A DNA stretch of 64,000 nt, taken from assembly GCA_003568315.1 (NCBI GenBank), contig PWYL01000070.1, positions 15,266-79,265 of the forward strand, in the 5' to 3' direction. This document shows positions 37,674 through 46,192 of the stretch, one piece after another. Each line of letters begins with the position of its first letter. Position 1 is the first letter of the stretch. Below the pieces are notes generated by a model. The model was not told the origin of the DNA, ran no database searches, and was given only the letters and a program-made list of their open reading frames with translations. The stretch is from Mollicutes bacterium (GTDB lineage: Bacteria; Bacillota_I; Bacilli_A; Izemoplasmatales; Izemoplasmataceae). Both the position numbers and the translations under genes were made by a program.

Positions 37674-37705
37674 AAGGGGCGCTCGCGGGCGCCCCTTTCT
37701 TTCTT
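37674..37705 (+). terminator. Terminator after tkt
   Basis: AGGGGCGC-tcgc-GGGCGCCCCT followed by TTCTTTCTT. Confidence 0.75.
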
Positions 37706-37795
37706 GTCTCGGGGGATTTTCCCAAGTCGTTCCCCCTTTCCGCCCGCGCATGTTTTTCCTATAATGAGACTGACAAGGCGAGAAGGAGGGGACGG

Positions 37796-38194
37796 ATGCA
37801 CTACATCAGGAAGAATGCGTCCGGCATCGCCGTGACGGACGGAAGGGCGACGAAGCGTCTGGCTTGTTCTTTGCAAGGGTATCTCGACACATTGTTGCTG
37901 GCGGAACTGACGACGTTCGAAGGACGGATGGCGGCCTTGCGGAAAATGACGGGAATGAAGAGGAACCTTCCCATCTACATCGATGATTCCATCTGTCTCT
38001 ATACCACGAAGAGTCTCCGGGAGCCCGATGCAATCTGCATCAATTTCCACCGGGTCCTCTCGATCAGAGACAAGAAATTTTCAGCGGAGGTCATTTTCAA
38101 GGACCTCTCCATCCTCCCACTCGACATGCCGTATCGGAAACTGGCCCACAAGCACGCCAAAACCGCCTGTTTTCTCAAACGTCTCGAGAATTGA
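37796..38194 (+). CDS. Short ComK-family protein
   Basis: ATG 37796 with GAAGGAGGGG upstream; 132 aa. TFEGRMAA...NLPIYID...YTTKSL...ICINF aligns by eye with the ComK core. Has its own -10 box and a weak terminator. Confidence 0.55.
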   Translation: MHYIRKNASGIAVTDGRATKRLACSLQGYLDTLLLAELTTFEGRMAALRKMTGMKRNLPIYIDDSICLYTTKSLREPDAICINFHRVLSIRDKKFSAEVIFKDLSILPLDMPYRKLAHKHAKTACFLKRLEN

Positions 38195-38243
38195 ATATCC
38201 GAACATCAAGAAAAAACAAGAATAAGAAAGTGTTTTCAGAGGT

Positions 38244-38276
38244 CTCTCCGCAATGGATTTACGCGGGGAGATTTTG
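38244..38276 (+). terminator. Weak terminator after the ComK-like gene
   Basis: 8-bp stem with one G-U pair, 11-nt loop, short T run. Confidence 0.35.
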
Positions 38277-38321
38277 TATAATGTATATGGTTGATTCCGC
38301 AAAAAAGGAGATGAACGACCT

Positions 38322-39515
38322 ATGCAGAAGAAGACAATTCGCGACATCGACGTCAAAGGCAAGATTGTACTTTGTCGCGTGGATTTCAATGTTCCCATGG
38401 AAGAAGGAAAGATCACCGACGACAACCGCATCCGTCAGGCTGTTGCCACCATAAAGCATCTTTTGGAGAAAGAGGGCAAGGTCGTGCTGTTTTCGCATCT
38501 CGGCCGTATCAAGGAAAAGGCCGACATGAAGGGGAAATCCCTCGCACCCGTGGCCGAAAGGCTCGCCGAACTCCTGGACCAACCCGTCAAGTTCGTCGCC
38601 GAGACCCGCGGCGAGGAACTCGAAGCCGCCATCGCATCGCTTTCGCCCGGGGCAATCCTCATGGTCGAAAACACCCGCTTCGAGGATGTGGACGGCAAGA
38701 AAGAATCGAAGAACGACCCCGAACTCGGACGCTATTGGGCTTCGCTCGGGGATGTGTTCGTCATTGACGCCTTCGGGACCGCACACAGGAACCACGCCTC
38801 GAATGTCGGCATCGCGAGACACATGGACGAGGTGGCCGCCGGCTTGCTTTTGGAAAAGGAGATCAAGTTCATCGGTGAGGCCATCGAGAACCCCGACCGT
38901 CCCTTCGTCGCTTTGCTCGGCGGCGTGAAGGTCTCCGACAAGATCGGTGTCATCGAGAACCTCTTGAAACGGGCCGACATCATCCTCATCGGCGGTGGTA
39001 TGAGTTACACCTTCATGAGAGCGCAAGGACTGGAAGTCGGCGAAAGTGTCGTCGAGGAAGACAAAATCGACCTCGCGAAGCGTCTTTTGGAGAAGGCCGA
39101 AGGCAAGATCCATCTTCCCCTCGACTATGTCGTCACCAAGGAATTCAAGAACGACACCGCCTCACGCGTGACTGACGCCAAGGAGATCCGTCCCGACGAG
39201 ATGGGCATGGACATCGGCCCCGAAACCTTGAAGAAGTATTCCGACATCTTGCAGAGTGCCTCCACCGTCGTCTGGAACGGCCCCTTCGGCGTGTTCGAGT
39301 TCGAGAACTTCGCCAAAGGGACCAAAGGCATCTTCGAGACCCTGGCATCCCTCAAGAATGTGACGACGATCCTCGGTGGCGGCGACAGCGCAGCGGCCGC
39401 CATCAGCATGGGCTATGAAGAAAAAATCACCCATATCTCTACCGGCGGCGGCGCCAGCCTCGAGTATCTCGAAGGCAAGGATCTGCCCGGCATCAAGTGC
39501 GTCGATGATTTGTGA
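38322..39515 (+). CDS. pgk: Phosphoglycerate kinase
   Basis: 397 aa. RVDFNVP, AHR.HAS and GGGDSAAA motifs. Confidence 0.95.
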   Translation: MQKKTIRDIDVKGKIVLCRVDFNVPMEEGKITDDNRIRQAVATIKHLLEKEGKVVLFSHLGRIKEKADMKGKSLAPVAERLAELLDQPVKFVAETRGEELEAAIASLSPGAILMVENTRFEDVDGKKESKNDPELGRYWASLGDVFVIDAFGTAHRNHASNVGIARHMDEVAAGLLLEKEIKFIGEAIENPDRPFVALLGGVKVSDKIGVIENLLKRADIILIGGGMSYTFMRAQGLEVGESVVEEDKIDLAKRLLEKAEGKIHLPLDYVVTKEFKNDTASRVTDAKEIRPDEMGMDIGPETLKKYSDILQSASTVVWNGPFGVFEFENFAKGTKGIFETLASLKNVTTILGGGDSAAAAISMGYEEKITHISTGGGASLEYLEGKDLPGIKCVDDL

Positions 39516-39534
39516 GAAGAAGAGGAGATAACCG

Positions 39535-39780
39535 ATGAAGAAGGAAATAGTCATCCAAAACACCGCCGGTCTCCATGCCGCCTTGGCGGCCAAACTGGTG
39601 CAGGTGGCCAACGAGTTCCAATCCGATGTGCGGCTCGAGTATGCCGACAAGGTGGTCGACGCCAAGTCGGTGCTCTCTCTCATCAGCCTCGCCGTTCCGA
39701 GCGGTGAGAATGTCGTCGTCAAAGCCGAGGGCGATGACGCCGAAGAGGCAATCCAGGAAATCGAAAAAATATTGGAGTAG
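39535..39780 (+). CDS. HPr-family phosphocarrier-like protein
   Basis: 81 aa; SD GAGGAG 7 nt upstream. GLHAALA (His present, Arg17-equivalent replaced by Ala). KSVLSLISL (Ser46-equivalent present). Confidence 0.8.
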   Translation: MKKEIVIQNTAGLHAALAAKLVQVANEFQSDVRLEYADKVVDAKSVLSLISLAVPSGENVVVKAEGDDAEEAIQEIEKILE

Positions 39781-39789
39781 GTGGAATCC

Positions 39790-40554
39790 ATGCGCAAAGT
39801 TGTCATCGCGGGGAATTGGAAAATGTTCAAGACCCGTGACGAGGCGTTGCAGTTCATATATAACGTGAACATGGAAATTCCGAACCGCGAGATTGTCGAA
39901 AGCGTCATCTGCGCCCAGGCGCCGCTTTTGCGGGACCTTGTGAAACGACAAGGGGACAATCTCCGCATCGGTGCGCAGAACATGCATGAAAAGACCGAGG
40001 GCGCCTATACCGGCGAGGTATCGGCCGCGCTCTTGGAGAACATCGGCGTGCAATATGTGATCATCGGTCACAGCGAACGAAGGGAACACTTCCAAGAGAC
40101 TGACGAATCCGTGAACAAGAAACTCCATCAGGCCCTCCGCTACGACCTTCGCCCCATCGTCTGCGTGGGAGAGCCGCTTTCGGTCCGCGAGAAGGGCGAG
40201 ACGGATTCCTATGTCGAGCGCCAGACCGAGAAGGCGTTGGCCGGCTTGAAAGCCGACGAGATGGAAGACGTCATCATCGCCTATGAGCCCATCTGGGCCA
40301 TAGGCACGGGCAAGACCGCGACCCCCGAGATGGCGAACGATGCCACAAGAACCATCCGTGAAACCATCGGCCGCATCCATGACGCAGGAATCGCGGACAA
40401 GGTCCGCATCCTCTACGGCGGCAGCGTCAACACCGAGAACATCGGCGACCTCATCGCCAAAGAAGAGATCGACGGGGCGCTCGTGGGGGGCGCGAGCCTT
40501 TCTTCGAAGAATTTCCTCCGCATGTTGGCCATCGCCCAAGAACATGTCACCTGA
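39790..40554 (+). CDS. tpiA: Triose-phosphate isomerase
   Basis: ATG 39790. AGNWKM, IIGHSERR and AYEPIWAIGTG motifs. Confidence 0.95.
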   Translation: MRKVVIAGNWKMFKTRDEALQFIYNVNMEIPNREIVESVICAQAPLLRDLVKRQGDNLRIGAQNMHEKTEGAYTGEVSAALLENIGVQYVIIGHSERREHFQETDESVNKKLHQALRYDLRPIVCVGEPLSVREKGETDSYVERQTEKALAGLKADEMEDVIIAYEPIWAIGTGKTATPEMANDATRTIRETIGRIHDAGIADKVRILYGGSVNTENIGDLIAKEEIDGALVGGASLSSKNFLRMLAIAQEHVT

Positions 40555-40565
40555 TACTTGTAGAC

Positions 40566-40605
40566 AAACAGAGGATGCCCGAAATTCGGGCATCCTCTGT
40601 TTTTG
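40566..40605 (+). terminator. Terminator after tpiA
   Basis: 13-bp stem CAGAGGATGCCCG/CGGGCATCCTCTG followed by TTTTT. Confidence 0.85.
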
Positions 40606-40637
40606 AGAAAAAGAAAGCGGAGCCCGAAGGCTCCGCC
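40603..40637 (-). terminator. Terminator after rpsD
   Basis: Minus strand reads GCGGAGCC-ttcg-GGCTCCGC followed by TTTCTTTTTCTC. Confidence 0.8.
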
Positions 40638-40644
40638 GGTGGTG

Positions 40645-41244
40645 TTAGCGGCTGTAGAATTCGACGATGAGGTTCTCTTTGATGTCGGAGAGGATCTCAC
40701 TTCTCTCGGGCAGGCGCGTGTAGGTGAAGGCTTGATTCTCGGCGTCATAGTCGATGTAGCCGGGGAAATCATCATTGCCTTCGAGGTTGTTCTTGATGAG
40801 GGTGACTTCCTTCGAGCGGTCGCGCAGGGTCACCTTCTGTCCGGGACGGACCCGGTAGGAAGGGATGTCCACTTTCCTGCCGTCCACACGGAAGTGTCCG
40901 TGGGTGACGAGTTGGCGTGCCTGGCGGCGCGTCCGGGCGAAGCCGGCGCGGAAGACCAGGTTGTCCAGTCGACTCTCGAGCAGGAAGAGGAAATTCTCGC
41001 CCGTTCTCCCTTCAAGCGTCATCGCTTCACGGAAGGTCTTTTTGAACTGGCGTTCATTCAGGCCGTAGGTGTAGCGCACCTTCTGTTTCTCGTGGAGCTG
41101 GGTCGCATACTCGCTCGGCTTTCCGCGGCGCTGTCCGTGCTGTCCGGGGGGGTAAGGGCGTTTCCCGAGTTCCTTGCCCGTCTCGAGCGTCGAGAAACGG
41201 AGTCTCCGCGACTTTTTCCAGACGGGGCCAGTATAGCGTGCCAT
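40645..41244 (-). CDS. rpsD: 30S ribosomal protein S4
   Basis: ATG 41244 with AAGGAGG upstream. [14 protein letters not shown]; 199 aa. Confidence 0.95.
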   Translation of the reverse strand: MARYTGPVWKKSRRLRFSTLETGKELGKRPYPPGQHGQRRGKPSEYATQLHEKQKVRYTYGLNERQFKKTFREAMTLEGRTGENFLFLLESRLDNLVFRAGFARTRRQARQLVTHGHFRVDGRKVDIPSYRVRPGQKVTLRDRSKEVTLIKNNLEGNDDFPGYIDYDAENQAFTYTRLPERSEILSDIKENLIVEFYSR

Positions 41245-41410
41245 ACGTATTCCTCCTTTTTCGCGTATTTGCGTAAAAAAAGAGTCCATGTCCTGTCCGA
41301 GGTAAGAATGGTTTAGCATCGTTCATCTCGCCAGCAGAGACTACTGGATGACCTTCACGGACCATTCTTTGCGCAAGGAGGGAACATGTAGCTGCCTTTA
41401 TCACGCATGC
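41245..41410 (-). promoter_or_regulatory. Long structured 5' leader of rpsD (candidate S4 autoregulatory leader)
   Basis: About 165 nt between the predicted start site and the ATG. 9-bp long-range pairing (41304-41312 with 41361-41369) encloses a small CCAG/CTGG hairpin (41331-41347). Confidence 0.4.
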
Positions 41411-41416
41411 GAAGAC

Positions 41417-41445
41417 ATTATATGCGAATCAGCGAAGATTGTCAA
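41417..41445 (-). promoter_or_regulatory. Consensus promoter of rpsD
   Basis: Minus strand reads TTGACA, 17-nt spacer, TATAAT. The -35 box overlaps the 3' end of the GAF gene. Confidence 0.7.
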
Positions 41446-41911
41446 CCACAAGCGCCGAAACCTTCCTTAGCCACTTCCGGTCGGTCTCGTCGAAGCGGGC
41501 TTTCTTCGGGCTGTCGATGTCCAACACGGCGACGATTCTTTCTTCTTTCACCAAGGGGACGACAATCTCGCTTTCCGTCTGTGTATCACACGTGATATGG
41601 CCTTCGAAAGCATGGACATCGTCGACGACGACGGTCTCTTTCCTTTCGGCCGCCGTTCCGCAGACCCCTTGGCCGGGAAGGATCTTCATGCATCCGGCCA
41701 GACCTTGGAAAGGTCCCAGATACAAGACGTCGTCCTCCATGATGTAAAAGCCCACCCAGTTCACATCGGGAAGGAAATAGTCGATGACGCTCGCAGCGTT
41801 CGCGAGCGTGGCGTACCAGGGGACGTTCCGGTCGATGTAATGGGGGAGGTTCTCCAAGAGCAGTCTGTAGTTTTTTTCTTTGTCGGCGCTTCTTTCGACG
41901 GGGACGAACAT
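41429..41911 (-). CDS. GAF domain protein (free methionine-R-sulfoxide reductase / YtsP-like)
   Basis: ATG 41911 with GAGGTGG upstream; 160 aa. WVGFY...GPFQG...GQGVCG...HIACD-like pattern (HITCD). Confidence 0.8.
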   Translation of the reverse strand: MFVPVERSADKEKNYRLLLENLPHYIDRNVPWYATLANAASVIDYFLPDVNWVGFYIMEDDVLYLGPFQGLAGCMKILPGQGVCGTAAERKETVVVDDVHAFEGHITCDTQTESEIVVPLVKEERIVAVLDIDSPKKARFDETDRKWLRKVSALVVDNLR

Positions 41912-41962
41912 GGCTACCACCTCACAAGAATGATAATAAATCCGGCGGCAAAACGCAACGGT

Positions 41963-41981
41963 TGTGATAATATGTTAGAAT
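41963..41981 (+). promoter_or_regulatory. Two overlapping TG-extended -10 boxes upstream of thiI
   Basis: TGtGATAAT (41963-41971) and TGtTAGAAT (41973-41981). Confidence 0.4.
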
Positions 41982-42008
41982 GGTGGTGCGCAGAAAGAAG
42001 GTGCGAAC

Positions 42009-43268
42009 ATGATCGACAGAATCCTCGTCCGCTACGGTGATCTCACCCTCAAAGGCCGCAACAAGAAACGCTTCATCGACACGGCCGTACAAAGGGTCCA
42101 AGAGAAGATGACAAGTGAAAGAATCACTCTGGAAAGAGCCCATGACAGGCTCTATGTCCGTTTGAACGGAGAGGACCCGGCCAAGGTCGTCCGCGACTTG
42201 AAGACTGTGAGCGGACTCAGGAGTTTCTCCCTCGTCCACAAGGTCGAAAAAGACATGGACGCCTTGAAAAAGGGAGCCCTCGACCTTTTGCAAGAAGAAA
42301 TCGACGCCCCCACGACCTTCAAGGTCGAGACCAAACGCGCCGACAAATCCTTTCCCCTCACCTCCCCCGAGATCTCCAAAGAAATCGCCGGCCATGTCAT
42401 TCCGCGGATGAGCCTCCTCGAGGCCGACGTGCACAATCCCGCCTACACCCTGAACGTGGAGATCCGCGCTGAGGGCGCCTATCTCTATTGCGGGAAGGTC
42501 GAAGGCCTCGGCGGCTACCCCGTCGGCTCCATGGGCAAAGGATTGATGCTTCTTTCGGGCGGGATCGATTCCGCCGTCGCCGGTTTCCTTTCCCAAAGGA
42601 AGGGGATCGAGACCGAACACATCCATTTCGAGTCGACGCCGATGACGCCCATCGAGAGTGTCGACAAGGCGATAGAACTCACCGAACGCCTCGCGACCTA
42701 TGCCAAGAAGAACCGAATTCTCCTCCACATCTTCCCGCTTTTCTCCCTTCACGAGGCCATCTTGCAAAACGTTCCCGAACCTTATCATATCGCGATTCTC
42801 AGAAGGATGATGGTGCGAGTCGCCGATAACGTGGCTTCGCAACGCCGCATCCCTGTTCTCATCACGGGGGAAAGCGTCGGCCAGGTCGCGAGCCAGACCC
42901 TCACGAGCCTCCATGTCACCGACCATGCGGCCACGCGGCCGATTCTCCGTCCCCTCGCCACCTACGACAAGGAGGAGATCATCCGTATCGCCGAAAGGAT
43001 CAAGACGTTCGAGATCTCCATCCGCCCCTATGAGGACTGTTGCCAGGTGTATGTGCCGAAAAGCCCCGTCACGAACCCCCGCGACTATTACGCCAAGCGC
43101 TATGAAGGACTCTTCGACTACCAAGGGCTCATCGACGAGGCCCTGCGCAACATGGTGACCCTCACCGTGGGCAAAAAAAGCGGCATCAGGCTTTCGACTT
43201 CAGGCTTCAGCGTGAAAGAAGCCGTCGAGGAAGGTGGAATCCCCCATGATCGATTCTTTGCAGAATGA
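42009..43268 (+). CDS. thiI: tRNA 4-thiouridine(8) synthase ThiI
   Basis: 419 aa. YGDLTLKGRN THUMP region. PP-loop LLSGGIDS. Confidence 0.9.
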   Translation: MIDRILVRYGDLTLKGRNKKRFIDTAVQRVQEKMTSERITLERAHDRLYVRLNGEDPAKVVRDLKTVSGLRSFSLVHKVEKDMDALKKGALDLLQEEIDAPTTFKVETKRADKSFPLTSPEISKEIAGHVIPRMSLLEADVHNPAYTLNVEIRAEGAYLYCGKVEGLGGYPVGSMGKGLMLLSGGIDSAVAGFLSQRKGIETEHIHFESTPMTPIESVDKAIELTERLATYAKKNRILLHIFPLFSLHEAILQNVPEPYHIAILRRMMVRVADNVASQRRIPVLITGESVGQVASQTLTSLHVTDHAATRPILRPLATYDKEEIIRIAERIKTFEISIRPYEDCCQVYVPKSPVTNPRDYYAKRYEGLFDYQGLIDEALRNMVTLTVGKKSGIRLSTSGFSVKEAVEEGGIPHDRFFAE

Positions 43269-43974
43269 ACGGATCAAGGCCGCGAGGAAACTCCGACAGA
43301 AAAAACACCGCCAAGCGGAAGGTCGGATGCTCCTCGAAGGTGAAAACCTCGTTGCGGCGGCTAAGGAAAAAGACCTTCTCGCGGAGGTTTTCGTCATTGC
43401 CGAAAAAGACACCGCCCTCAAGGAAGCGACACCCGTCAGCGAACGGGTGATGAAGAGTCTCACCGAGCTCCCCTCGCCTCCCGGAGTCCTCGGCATCGCC
43501 CGCTATCCTTGTTTCCGCCCTCCCGGCGAGCGAGTGCTCTTCTTGGAACACATCCAGGACCCGGGCAACGTCGGCACGCTGCTTCGGAGTGCCCTCGCCT
43601 TCGGTTTTCACTCCATCGTCAGCGACCGTTCCGCCGATTTCTTCAGTCCCAAGGTGCTCCGCGCGACCCAGGGCGCGATCTTCGACCTCAATCTCGCCGA
43701 GATGAGCCTTGCGGACTTTTGCGAATCACACCCCGGACACAAGGTGGTGGCCGCCAGTTCGGACGAAGACTCCGCGAGTGTCGACCACCCCCGGCCGCCT
43801 TTCGTCCTCGTCCTCGGAAACGAGGGCGGCGGGCTTTCGCAAACGGCGCTCGCCGCAGCCGACATCAAAGCGCATATTCCGACCGAGACCGTCGAGAGTC
43901 TGAATGTGGCCGTTGCCGGAAGCATCCTCATGCATCGTTTTCACGGCTTTGACAAGGGGCCTTTCCGGGAGTAG
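43246..43974 (+). CDS. TrmH/SpoU family RNA 2'-O-methyltransferase
   Basis: ATG 43246; 242 aa. DPGNVGTLLRSA and LVLGNEGGGLS motifs. Overlaps the thiI end. Confidence 0.8.
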   Translation: MIDSLQNERIKAARKLRQKKHRQAEGRMLLEGENLVAAAKEKDLLAEVFVIAEKDTALKEATPVSERVMKSLTELPSPPGVLGIARYPCFRPPGERVLFLEHIQDPGNVGTLLRSALAFGFHSIVSDRSADFFSPKVLRATQGAIFDLNLAEMSLADFCESHPGHKVVAASSDEDSASVDHPRPPFVLVLGNEGGGLSQTALAAADIKAHIPTETVESLNVAVAGSILMHRFHGFDKGPFRE

Positions 43975-43977
43975 GGC

Positions 43978-44006
43978 TTGCCATATCATTTCCTCTGTGA
44001 TAGAAT
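43978..44006 (+). promoter_or_regulatory. Promoter of the rimP-nusA-infB operon
   Basis: TTGCCA, 17-nt spacer, TG-extended TAGAAT. Confidence 0.6.
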
Positions 44007-44028
44007 AACTGTGACATATGTGTTAGAC

Positions 44029-44055
44029 GAGTGGGTCGAGTCCCACTCTTTTTAT
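44029..44055 (+). terminator. Intrinsic terminator-like hairpin inside the rimP leader (attenuator candidate)
   Basis: GAGTGGG-tcgagt-CCCACTC followed by TTTTTAT. Lies between the predicted start site (~44013) and the SD (44062). Confidence 0.5.
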
Positions 44056-44076
44056 GCCACCGGGAGGCAGAATGCC

Positions 44077-44508
44077 ATGAAAGAACTGAAGGAGAAGATC
44101 CGCCGAGAAGTCGAGCGTCTGGGCTTCCACCTCTATGATTTGACCATCGGTCCGCGGGGCAAGGACAAGGTGCTCTCTGTGAAGATCGACGACGAAGCGC
44201 CCGTCTCCATCGACGATTGTGTCCGTGTGAGCGAACATCTCTCGGACCTTTTGGACGAACTCGACCCCTTCGAAAAATCCTACGTGCTCGAAGTCACCTC
44301 CGCCGGCGCGGAACATCCCTTGCGCGACTTTGAAGAGATCCGCCGGGCCAAAGGCCGTTTCATCCATGTGAAGACCGCCGAGCAGGAGATGGAAGGATTT
44401 CTCACCGAGGTCACCGAGACCAGCATCACCATCAAGGACAAAAAGGGGAACACGACGACATTCTTCATCGCCGACATTGAAAAAATCCGTCTGGCGATCG
44501 ATTTCTAG
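44077..44508 (+). CDS. rimP: Ribosome maturation factor RimP
   Basis: ATG 44077 with GGGAGG upstream; 143 aa. LEVTSAGAEHPL motif. Confidence 0.9.
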   Translation: MKELKEKIRREVERLGFHLYDLTIGPRGKDKVLSVKIDDEAPVSIDDCVRVSEHLSDLLDELDPFEKSYVLEVTSAGAEHPLRDFEEIRRAKGRFIHVKTAEQEMEGFLTEVTETSITIKDKKGNTTTFFIADIEKIRLAIDF

Positions 44509-44519
44509 GAGGAATCATC

Positions 44520-45626
44520 ATGCAAAGAAAAGCGTTTTTCGATGCGTTGGACGAACTCATCCGGCAACGCGGCCTCGACAAGGAGAAAGTCATGGCCATC
44601 ATCGAACATGGGCTCTTGAACGCCTATAAGAAGGAATACGACAACCGCGACAACGTCCGCGTCGTCTTCGACGAGGAAAAACACACCATCGGTGTGTATG
44701 CCGACTATGAAGTCGTCGAAGGGGAACCCGAACACAAACACCAGATGAGTTTTGAAGAAGCCAAGAAACACAAGAAGCGCATCAAGCCGGGAGATGACAT
44801 CACCATCAACGTCACCCCCTCCGATTTCGGACGGAACGCCGCGATGAGCGCGAAACAGATTTTGAAACAGGGACTCAAACAGTTAGAACGTGAGAAGGTC
44901 TATGATATCTTCAAAGATCGCGAGAACGAGATGGTGAACGCCGAGATCATCGCCATGAACCGCGAGAAGGATTTCGTCACCCTCGACCTCGGTCACGACC
45001 TCATCACGAGTCTTCCCCGCAAGGAACTCCTGCAGTCGGACACCGTCCGCGTCGGCGCGAAGATCAAGGTCTACATCACCAAGGTCGAGATGATGCCAAA
45101 GGGACCGAAAATCTATGTCTCCCGCACCGACCGCAATCTCGTCAAACGCCTCGTCGAACAAAACGTCCCCGAGATCATGGACGGGACCGTCGAGATCATG
45201 GGGCTCGCCCGCGATGCCGGAAGACGCTCCAAGATCGCCGTCTATTCGCATGATGAGAATGTCGATCCCGTCGGCGCGTGTCTCGGCAGGGAGTCGAAAC
45301 GCAAAAAAGAGGTCGAAGAGGCCCTGCAAGGCGAAAAGATCAGTTTCTACCGCTGGAGCGAGGATACCAAAGAACTCATCGAGAACGCCCTCGCCCCGGC
45401 GAAAGTCGTCGCCATAAACCCCGACAAACGGGAAAAGACCGCCGTCGTCATCGTCAAGGACGAGGACTTCACCGGCGCCATCGGCTCCAAAGGACAAAAC
45501 GTCCGCCTCGCCGCGCAATCGAGCGGCTGGAAGATCGACATCAAGTCCGTCGCCGACGCCGAGGAGATGGGCATCAACTATACCCCCCTGCACGAGGAGA
45601 GGGAAGCGGATGAAGAAGAAGCGTAA
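44520..45626 (+). CDS. nusA: Transcription termination/antitermination factor NusA
   Basis: 368 aa. S1 and KH domain pattern; first gene after rimP. Confidence 0.95.
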   Translation: MQRKAFFDALDELIRQRGLDKEKVMAIIEHGLLNAYKKEYDNRDNVRVVFDEEKHTIGVYADYEVVEGEPEHKHQMSFEEAKKHKKRIKPGDDITINVTPSDFGRNAAMSAKQILKQGLKQLEREKVYDIFKDRENEMVNAEIIAMNREKDFVTLDLGHDLITSLPRKELLQSDTVRVGAKIKVYITKVEMMPKGPKIYVSRTDRNLVKRLVEQNVPEIMDGTVEIMGLARDAGRRSKIAVYSHDENVDPVGACLGRESKRKKEVEEALQGEKISFYRWSEDTKELIENALAPAKVVAINPDKREKTAVVIVKDEDFTGAIGSKGQNVRLAAQSSGWKIDIKSVADAEEMGINYTPLHEEREADEEEA

Positions 45627-45888
45627 GATCCCCTTGCGGCAGTGTGTCGTGACGAGAGAACGCCTTCCGAAAGGCGAACTTTTGCGCATCGTCAAAAACA
45701 AGGAAGGCGAAGTGAGAGTCGATGAGACCGGCAAGGCCCACGGCCGCGGTGCCTATGTCAAAAGGGACAAGAAGACCGTCGAGACCGCCCGCAAGAAACA
45801 CGCGCTCGACCGCGCCTTCGGCGTGAAAGTGCCCGAAGGCGTCTATGACGAGATTCTCGAAGTGATCGAGGATGGAAAAGACGACTGA
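45610..45888 (+). CDS. ylxR: YlxR family (DUF448, RnpM-like) RNA-binding protein
   Basis: 92 aa. PLRQCVVTRE...GRGAYV motif. Overlaps the nusA end. Confidence 0.85.
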   Translation: MKKKRKIPLRQCVVTRERLPKGELLRIVKNKEGEVRVDETGKAHGRGAYVKRDKKTVETARKKHALDRAFGVKVPEGVYDEILEVIEDGKDD

Positions 45889-46168
45889 CACGAAAGGGCT
45901 TCTCGGCCTTGCCATGCGGAAAGGCGCCGTCGTCATCGGAACGGACAGGACCCTCCGCGTCATCCGCGAAGGAAAGAAGGCTCGCGTCTTCTTGGCGAAA
46001 GACGCCGGCGACAATCTGCGAAAGAAGATCAGACAAAAGACCGACCACTACCGGATACCCCTCCACGAGGAATTTTCCTCACTTGAACTCGCGGAGGCCG
46101 TCGGTAGGAAGAACATAAAGGTCTGCGCTCTAGTCGATGCGGACATCCTCCGCGCATTCGAGCGTTAG
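45872..46168 (+). CDS. ylxQ: L7Ae-family RNA-binding protein YlxQ
   Basis: 98 aa. Conserved position between ylxR and infB. LGLAMRKGAVVIG pattern. Confidence 0.8.
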   Translation: MEKTTDTKGLLGLAMRKGAVVIGTDRTLRVIREGKKARVFLAKDAGDNLRKKIRQKTDHYRIPLHEEFSSLELAEAVGRKNIKVCALVDADILRAFER

Positions 46169-46192
46169 ACCAAAGAGAAAGAGGTGCGCACC

